This document shows, in pieces, positions 54,044 through 62,102 of a stretch of 62,102 nucleotides of DNA; within the stretch, counting starts at the first letter, position 1; every line of letters begins with the position of its first letter. The notes beneath the pieces were generated by a model. The model had not been told where the DNA came from. It saw only the letters and a program-made list of their open reading frames with translations, and made no database searches. The translations under genes and the position numbers were made by a program. This stretch comes from Girardia tigrina. Taxonomy: Eukaryota. The stretch is from NCBI GenBank assembly GCA_001938485.1, contig MQRK01220018.1:1-62102 (forward strand). The letters are read 5' to 3'.

Positions 54044-55182
54044 AAGAAAACTGTAAAATTATCTATAATGATTTCCCAGCTTTCTTTAACTTAGTAAATA
54101 AAAAAATAATAACTTAATTATTAGATTAATAGAATTTATTTCAACCACAACAGAAGGAGTGAAAGAATGATTATATCTATTAGCAACATCACAATTTGCG
54201 TGAACACATTTGTTTACAACACAAACAGTATCATTCTCAGTAGTACTTTTTGCGGGAAGCATATATTCAGACCTTTGATTAATGAATGTGATTTTATAAT
54301 TATTATTATTATTATTATTATTATTATTTAATTGAATAAAAATGCAATAAGTTAATTTTAAAATAAACATTAGTTTTTAAATCATAATATATTCAATAAG
54401 TTAAATCGTTTATTAAAACATTTATTAAATTTATAATTACAAAACTTTTAATTAATTAGTATTTAAAACATTATTTCCATATAATTATTTTTATTGTTTT
54501 ACATTTTTTATTATATCAACAAGTTGCTCAGTATCGTTTGGAGAGAGATTTATTAATCTACTACCACCAAACGGTTGACCCCGAATCAATCGAACGTGAA
54601 TAAAAATAAATAAAAAAATAAAAATTAGAAAAAAATATTAATACGTAGTAATAATAATTTGAATTTAAAAATCAGTGTAAATTTAAATTCAACTCACAAC
54701 TATCTAATATTATTTATAAACTTACTTACTGGCCACTGCTCTTCACAATCGGAAAAAAAACTACAATTTCTGACTACCTCCTTCAAATACCAAATTGAAA
54801 GTAATTGTTCCGGATACTTCAGACGATAATAGAATTATACAATCACCTGTTGTTTTCGAGCAAATATCGAATTATTTACTCCAAAAACAAATAGTTTATA
54901 AAGTGCCTACAAATCATTATTTATATTATAAAAATCTTAAATAATATATTAATATTAAATTACCATATAATTATTTATTTTAACTATTTTTTTAACAAGA
55001 CAATTTTTTAAAAAGCTATCAGTTTTCTGATTTTTTTTATGTATGAAAGTGAATCTATAGCCGTCAATTATGCCATTTTCGAAAAAAAATCATAAAGAAA
55101 GAAAGAAATTTATTTTTATTATTGTTTTTATTTTTATGTAATAAAAATTCATAATTGTATTTCTCTATAGTAATATCGATTA

Positions 55183-56010
55183 TGGGCTGTTCATAAATTA
55201 TTTCACACGAAAAAATGACTTTTTAACCCCCTTCCTCTTCTGTCACAAAATCTCTACCACCAACCCTGCTTGTTACGTCACAAAAAATCATTTAATTTTT
55301 TTTATAAAGAAAAAATACTATAATTCACATTTTTTAAATATCATTTTTCTTCATAATTCCGTGTATTTTTCAAGTGTGTTTCAATATTAATCAAAAGAAT
55401 GTTTCCATCGAGAATGCATAGATCAGCTCCAATTACTTGAGCATCGAGATGTTCTTCATTTATCCATTAGACATCTTCATCAATTTAAATCAAGATTTCT
55501 TTCTTTCGCTTTGCTATTAGTTTTTTTGACTTCTTTTTAGTGTTGATAATACGATTATGGATGCTCTTACGATGAATTTTTAACATTTCTAAAGAAGTTC
55601 AATATAAATTACAGCCTACACAGACTCGACTTGAAGCAATTTGGCTGATAGAAGGACAATATGTATCGTAAAAAATATTCTGACTGGAAAATGCCTGATT
55701 TTGAAATAAATTCAGATAAATAATTTTTGAAATAAATAAAATTTTTAAATAAATAAAATTTGCACCACTATCTTTATATACACTTAATATAAACTTTATA
55801 CACTAATTTAGTCAAAAATAATAAAGAATAAAATTATTATAAACTCTTACTTCAGATTTTATCATTGATTACTTAAATATTTTAAAATTTGATACCATTG
55901 ATTTTTATCTTAGAAAATCTTTGAGACGTCACAAAATATTATAACCCCATCCTCCTGTCACAAACTTCTAGACCCCCTCCCCCTAAAAGTGTGACATAAT
56001 TTATGCCCCT
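55183..56010. mobile_element. PIF/Harbinger-type MITE
   Basis: TTA|(T)GGGCTGTTCATAAATTATTTCACAC ... GTGTGACATAATTTATGCCCC, with GTCACAAAA subterminal repeats and C-runs. Confidence 0.7.
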
Positions 56011-56155
56011 TTCGAAATTGCTATAATATTGACAATTATTTCATAAATTTTAAAAATTAATTTTTTGAGACATTCAAACAATTTTCTTAAAACATAGTTT
56101 TAAGCGGTGTTCATTTATTTATTTTCGAAGTTTGTTTTATTTGAGATAAATTAAT

Positions 56156-57047
56156 TGTTCCGGGCAATCCCCAGGTCGATGTTGGCAGCGGAGTGCAAGG
56201 AATTATATAAAAGCTCAAACTCAGTGTGCTGGGCCCATTGTATTATTATAAATTTCATCGTTTTTCTTTTTCAATATTCACATTCAAAATAAAGTGACTC
56301 AATTTTAAAGCTTTATTTTTATTTAAGAAAATAACAAACTTTTCGTCACTTTTTAAATAAAATAACTCAGACGATTTCGCTACTTTCAATTCAGCTAGTG
56401 ACAAATTTTTGACTCTTCAATAAAAAAACATAATTTCGAAAACTTTTAATAAAAAAATAGTTCATCATCAAAAAACTTTGTCGTCAACATTTAGACATGT
56501 TTGAAAACCAAATAAATTTGTGCCGTCCAAAAATAGGTACGTTTAAAAATTCAAAAACAAAATCTTTTTCATCAAATCAATTAATCACCTTTTTTCGAAA
56601 ATTTCGAATCAAAATCAAGTCGACACTTTTGAAGACAAATCAGTTATCAAAGACACTTATCATAATTCGCATTCGCTCAAAAAAAATAAAAATTAAAAAG
56701 TATGAGAAATTCTCTCACTCCCGATTCGCTCTGATTAGATGAGTAACGACAACTCAGAGCGAGCCATTTTTATTACAACACTCTCTCTCACTATTTCATT
56801 TGCACACCAGCTACACACTGGATCACAAAGAAAGACTAACTAACTAAAGGCAAATGAAATTCAATAACAAACAGAGTCACATGACTCTAAGAAATAATTC
56901 AAAATAAAACTTAGTACAACTCAGTTTCTGAATTAAAATTTTAATTCTCTTTGTTCGTTATTAACGAATGTTAATCAAAACTCCATATTCCATCAATTAT
57001 TATTTTTTTTTAATTTTCATTTAAATTCCGATTCAATCACATTTACA
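56156..57047 (-). mobile_element. LTR-like unit with a tRNA-iMet-fragment primer-binding site (PBS 56226-56238)
   Basis: The minus strand reads ...TACA|ATGGGCCCAGCAC, complementary to GUGCUGGGCCCAU of initiator tRNA-Met. The far LTR end (TACA at 57047) is tentative. Confidence 0.6.
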
Positions 57048-57062
57048 GGTGCAAAAAAATTA

Positions 57063-57642
57063 CAGTCAGGTGCAAAAGTTTGTGAACGCTTGTTTCTTTA
57101 CTGCTTTTTATTGTTGTGCTACTTGTTTGTGTATTCCTTGTTAAGTATATATAAACCATTTAAATGATTAAATGCATATTTTATTTTTATTACTTTTCAA
57201 GTTATAAATTGTCATTATTTATTTTAGAATCATGCCTGTCCGCGGTAAGGAGTTTACAACAGAACAGCGTGCAGCAGTTTTGGCATTGCAGAAGCATGGC
57301 GTTTCTCATTGAAAAATAACAACAACTCAATGTTTATCTGGGAGTTGGGTGTCAGACGTTCAGAGAAATAGGGAGACTGGTTCCTTATGTTCAAGATCTC
57401 GATCTGGTCTTCCAAGGTAAACCAGTCAAAGAGACTGGTTGAAATATTAATATACAAAATACTAAATATACACTGGTTTTTCGTGGTTTATGTGCCAATT
57501 ATGACAAGTTTTGATAAATTTGTGTCTTATCATAATATTCTAATAAAATCTTTGTATTTTGGTGTGCTTTTGCCAATATAATTGCAGTTGGGTGCAAAAG
57601 ACAATTTAACAACAAGCGTTCACAAACTTTTGCACCTGACTG
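57063..57642 (+). mobile_element. Internally deleted Tc1 element (MITE) with both TIRs
   Basis: TA|CAGTCAGGTGCAAAAGTTTGTGAACGCTTGTT ... AACAAGCGTTCACAAACTTTTGCACCTGACTG|TA. N-terminal transposase remnant MPVRGKEFTTEQRAAVLALQK. Confidence 0.93.
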
Positions 57643-57972
57643 TACATATTAATATGTATATAAGAAATCACAACAAATTGAATTGACAGAGATTGTCATT
57701 CAATGACCACAAAGTCGCTTTGAATTTGACTGTCCGAGAGAATTCAATATGAGGATTCGAAATTATAAATAATTATAATAGTACATATTAATGATACGTA
57801 TTGAGTTCCGAACGTTATTAATTTTTCTCTTAATTGATCTAGTCAATAATACCATCGCCAATTTTTTCTTTTTCTTGGTGATACATTTCAGATACTCCAT
57901 ACAATCAGTCAAACATCAAACATTTTGTGATCAAAGTTTCGATTAACTATACCATAGTATTTTGATTTCTTC

Positions 57973-58930
57973 TGTTCCACCCGAACCTCAGGTTGCCCCG
58001 AGAATCGGATGGAGTTAGCCTCATTGCGTAGCGGTGGAGAATTTTCTCTTTCAGAGTTCTGGGCCCATTGTAGTTAGGATTTCTTTGAAATAATCATTCT
58101 TATGTCGTAAATTTTCAAATAATCCGAGGATGGTTTCCTGTCGTTCCACGAATAAGAATCATTCTAAAGCACACAATCGAATTGATCGATCATCGAATAA
58201 TTTGGCTGATAGTCTTGCACTTCGTTTTCAAATGACAAAGAAATAACGTTCATTTTTGACTAAAACTTTTGTCTCAATTTTCTCAATTGTACAAATTTCA
58301 AATTCAATCCTGGTTGGTAAAGATTGGGTAGATTATCAATCCGTTTGACTTTTTTTCACGAGGGGCTACTTTGTCCAAATGTCGATAACTGAAAGATGTT
58401 TCAAGATTTGGTAAAGACATTTCGTTTTTCAAATAAAGAATGGTTCTTCAGAGTAAATAAAGAAATTCTAAGTACTTTTCAATCACCAGTGTATTTTCCT
58501 TTTTATCAAGCATTCCGACAATAAACAAAATTCGAATTTCAAAAAATATTCTTAATCAAAAAGAAATTATAATTTTCCAATAATACACAAGATGATCCAC
58601 TCAAAATCCAATTCAAGAAAAAATAATAAAAGGTGAACTCACTTTACAACCAATGCAAAAGGTAAATATTGCAATTCAAATCAAAAACGTAAGATATCAA
58701 ACAATCCAATTCAACACAAAATAAAACAGTGTTCCAATTCAATAATCGATGTTTCAATAATCCAAATTTCAGTATCATCACAAAGTTCAACTTCGATCGA
58801 TCATCACAAAAAACTACACATTTAAAAAAAAGTATCACATTTTTGTACTTGGTGTCGTGTGCAACCAATCCGACCTCTGGCACAAAATTTCTCTTTATGA
58901 AATGAATACATTTTTATTTTGTTAATTACA
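57973..58930 (-). mobile_element. Second LTR-like unit with a tRNA-iMet-fragment PBS (58059-58068)
   Basis: The minus strand reads CTACA|ATGGGCCCAG. The LTR termini TGTAGTTAG (58069) and TTAATTACA (58930) are imperfect inverted repeats. Confidence 0.6.
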
Positions 58931-59152
58931 CGGCGTGAATTGACCTGATTATGGGATTTTTATCTCGAAACGTGACATCTCATTTTTATCTTGTAAATAT
59001 ATACACATATATATATATAGAGAGAGAGAGTCTTATGAACACAAATTCAATATTATTAAAAAATTATTTACTTAAAAAACATTTTTGAAGAAATAATCAT
59101 ATTTTGATATTTAATTCTAATTATTCAGTAAACAAAATATTGCTAATAATGA

Positions 59153-60125
59153 TCAAGAAACCATCAAAACATGTTCAATGATCCTAAATGGTGATGCGAG
59201 AGCGAGCGCAGCTTTGTGGCCGCGGCGTGATGGCGATGGTGGGTGGGTTACGGGACGCGGGGGGTTTAAATTATTAACCTCACTGGTCTGTGATTGTATG
59301 GCTTTTTGATAGAGATATATTTTCTGATAGGATTCACGATAATTAGGTAGTAAATCTCGTTTAAGATTTTTATCATTTGTTGAACTTATTGCTTTGAAAA
59401 AACCCATCATGATAGCCCTCTCAATCATGGATCTATTTCGAAAACTCATAATTGCCATTTCTGTCATCTTTATTGGAATAAGGAGACGAAGCATTTTCAA
59501 AATCATCAGCATCCCGATTTGGATGTTTCAAACGATTAATTTGATTTTCGATAAATTTAATTTTTAATTTGGATTTCTCATATAATCGTTTCGTTTTTCG
59601 CTTTTCCTTTGTGTAGATTTATTAACTTTTCTGCTCCATTTTTTNNNNNNNNNNNNNNNNNNNNNNNNNNNNNNNNNNNNNNNNNNNNNNNNNNTTTTTT
59701 ACTTTAATCTCAATTTCCAATCGGTGTTGGAGATTGCGTAAGCATTTCTCATAATTAGAGTCCGTCTGGTTTGTTTTCCCTGTTTCAGGATTCTCGAATT
59801 GTTGAAGCGACAAAATATTATCCTCCAAATCATCAATTTTATATTTCAGATCATTGATCTCGTTATTGAGCGTCTTGATCAATGGCGGCGCGTTGTTATT
59901 CGCTGCGCCGTTTGTGTTCGCCTGAGACATTTTCTGCACCGCCGCTTTCGTTTTATATCGAATATTAAGCTCATTTCGATAATCGCTCACTTTATTCTTC
60001 AAAATTTCAATCACTTCTCTGTATGATTTATCGCCGGAAATTTTCTACTTTTCGAAAATATCGACTGATTTTTCCATAAAAATTGTAAGACCGTTTGCGG
60101 CCAAATCTTCATCCACACTCAGCAA
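59153..60125 (-). pseudogene. Unassigned coiled-coil coding remnant (probably TE- or virus-derived), spanning an N-gap
   Basis: The ORF contains heptad-like LIKTLNNEINDLKYKIDDLEDNILSLQ. The frame extends upstream through one stop. It is antisense within the PMCA intron. Confidence 0.35.
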
Positions 60126-60439
60126 AAATCAAATTCGCGCTATTTAAAATTTATTTATTTATTCAATTTAAACAAATCGAAAAAATCTTTTTTCAACGAA
60201 TCTTCAACAAGCAACATCAATATTTCATTTAGCGCAAACTTTTCACAGTACAAAAATATAAAACATTGTTATAAATTAACTATATTAGTGATTGATATCA
60301 TTTTTAATATAAATCTTCAATTTTTTACATAAACACTGAATTTGTGAAAGCACATTGTTTTAACATAGAAATACGTAATCAATTTTTATGTAACATTTAA
60401 TAAATCATTCATAATATCATCTAATTCAAAATTACAAAG

Positions 60440-60752
60440 TGGAGAGTTGACCAAAGTCAATCGAAGGACTTCCATGATTTGCTTCTTTATTTAAATTGAA
60501 TTGATTTATTCTTTCTATTCGAAACGATTTGTTTCAAATTGACTTTCGATTTCGATTTTTCATTGATCGATAATTTTGAACTAGATTTTTTTTATATCTT
60601 TGTAGAGTTTGGTTGATTTTTGGCTTTGATTTCTGCGTTTTAGTCTCAATTACTTTCGGAGTTAAATCAGCCCCATCATTTAAAAGATTTTTTTTCCAAA
60701 TATTATTTTTGGGGTTAACTTCCATATGGGCCCCCCGAATGAGAATCGAACA
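60440..60752 (+). mobile_element. Short LTR-like unit (60440-60724) followed by a tRNA-iMet-type PBS TATGGGCCC
   Basis: Inverted termini TGGAGAGTTGACC / GGTTAACTTCCA, with TATGGGCCC immediately after the CA. Confidence 0.5.
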
Positions 60753-60978
60753 CTAAACATTAATTAATATTTTTAAAATCAGTACATAATTATATAAAAA
60801 ATTTTCGTGTAAATAAAATCGAAAATTATGTATTGACATTTGACATGTCAATATTAATCCTACAAATAATACCAAATTATTGCTTTTTTATAACTCAATA
60901 TTTTGTACATTCATATACTTACTCGGAAATATTCTCATGAAAATATAAAAAAGTAAATTCAATCGATTATTTTTTTTC

Positions 60979-61014
<36 letters not shown>

Positions 61015-61423
61015 TATGGATGACAATTCTCGAAATAAATAATTGATCGTACTCAATCATGAACCAATTTATTTTATGATAATTAAAACACAAATTGGGT
61101 ATATAAAGTGCTCTTTGACGTTGCTGAAGTTTTATATATCTTTTTATTTTTTTTCGACAATAAAGAATAAAAAGAGATTAAAAAACCATTAAAATATTTT
61201 ACAAAAAAAGAATAAAATTTACAAATATTATTTGTTGGGTATTTGGTAAAATCATAATTAATAGAAGACAAACAAAATTTAGATATTAAATGATAAACAA
61301 GAAGACTGTTTTCAAAATCTGAAAAGATTATTCTCCTTTCGTGTCTGTCGTATGTCTCCGGATAAATATAGCTCAACTTACATTGATTAGTGTTTTGTTA
61401 TAAGTTTTTTTATTTTATCATAG

Positions 61424-61678
61424 ATATGGGTCATACAATTATCACTGGAGACGAAACGGAAGCTAGTTCCGGTTGGATTGAAGGTTTAGCAATTTTATTT
61501 GCCGTTGTTCTTGTGGTTCTTGTGTCTGCTATTAATGATTACCAAAAGGAAAAGCAATTCCGCGGCTTGAAAGCCCGAATTACGGAAACAAATCACGTTG
61601 CTGTAGTGCGTGATGGTTGGATTACAGATGTAGCAATATCAGATCTGGTCGTAGGCGACATTTGTCAAATAAAATATG
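61424..61678 (+). CDS. PMCA: PMCA exon (TM2 and start of the actuator domain); the gene continues beyond the window
   Basis: catag|AT ATG..: GWIEGLAILFAVVLVVLVSAINDYQKEKQFRGL...VVRDG...DLVVGDICQIKYG are diagnostic PMCA motifs. A phase-1 acceptor joins the previous exon. Donor GT at 61679. Confidence 0.96.
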
Positions 61679-61961
61679 GTTAATTTACTATTTTTAATGA
61701 TTAATGTTTAAAGTTGATTTATTAATTGTATTATTGATTATTAATTGTAACTGTAAAAGTAATAAAATGATTATTTTATACAATGTATTATATTTTTATT
61801 GTCATTATTGTTGTTAAGAGCACTGACAAAATTGTTAGAAAAACTTTTGTTAATATCACATTTAGATTCATCACAACTTTTGAAAGATCTTTCAAAGTTT
61901 GAAATTCTAATTGATTTTTTATTTTATTTAATTATTCAAACAATTTTTCTTTATCTTTTTA

Positions 61962-62102
61962 AGTAGTGTAAAAATGGGCATTATCCCTCACCCCCCCCCT
62001 AGCCGTAACCATAGCAACGATATGGGTTATCGTGGTTACCATGGCAACCGACCCGATTACCATAGCAACGGTCGCGGTTACCATGGCAACGGTCGCGGTT
62101 AC
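61962..62102. mobile_element. Start of a second copy of the AGTAG-terminated X-box-array element, inside a PMCA intron; cut by the window end
   Basis: AGTAGTGTAAAAATGGGCATT..C-run..GCCGTAACCATAGCAAC. GTTACCATGGCAAC-type units start at 62035, 62056, 62077 and 62098. Confidence 0.65.

Noticed and set aside
56156-56238. Canonical tRNA-Met gene
   Set aside because: There is no intact cloverleaf, T-arm or acceptor 3' strand, and the segments are out of order; reported as a PBS-like finding instead.
59194-59212. Parvoviral Rep-binding GAGC repeats / ITR
   Set aside because: Only two GAGC units, no T-shaped hairpin and no Rep-like ORF.
1-62102. The whole window as one giant TIR element or linear replicon bounded by the inverted end repeats
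   Set aside because: The repeat termini point inward, the interior is a host gene plus unrelated TE debris, and PMCA must continue past the right repeat.

Overview
62-kb, very AT-rich eukaryotic (probably invertebrate animal) scaffold segment with four N-gaps, made up mostly of decayed and nested transposable elements. The only clear host gene is the 5' part of a plasma-membrane Ca2+-ATPase (PMCA/ATP2B-like, + strand, three coding exons at 49.7, 51.0 and 61.4 kb; it runs off the window). The TEs include piggyBac, several Tc1/mariner copies, hAT- and Harbinger-type MITEs, Gypsy-like LTR remnants, solo LTRs, and three copies of an RTE-like LINE with a C-terminal multi-C2H2 zinc-finger tail. The most unusual observations are: (1) LTR-like units in PMCA intron 2 whose primer-binding region matches initiator tRNA-Met up to the anticodon, in a split and permuted order; (2) both window ends run into an AGTAG-terminated repeat carrying 21-bp-phased arrays of RFX X-box-like palindromes; (3) the zinc-finger-tailed RTE family, one copy of which contains an 81-bp fold-back. 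All calls were made by eye, with no database searches.
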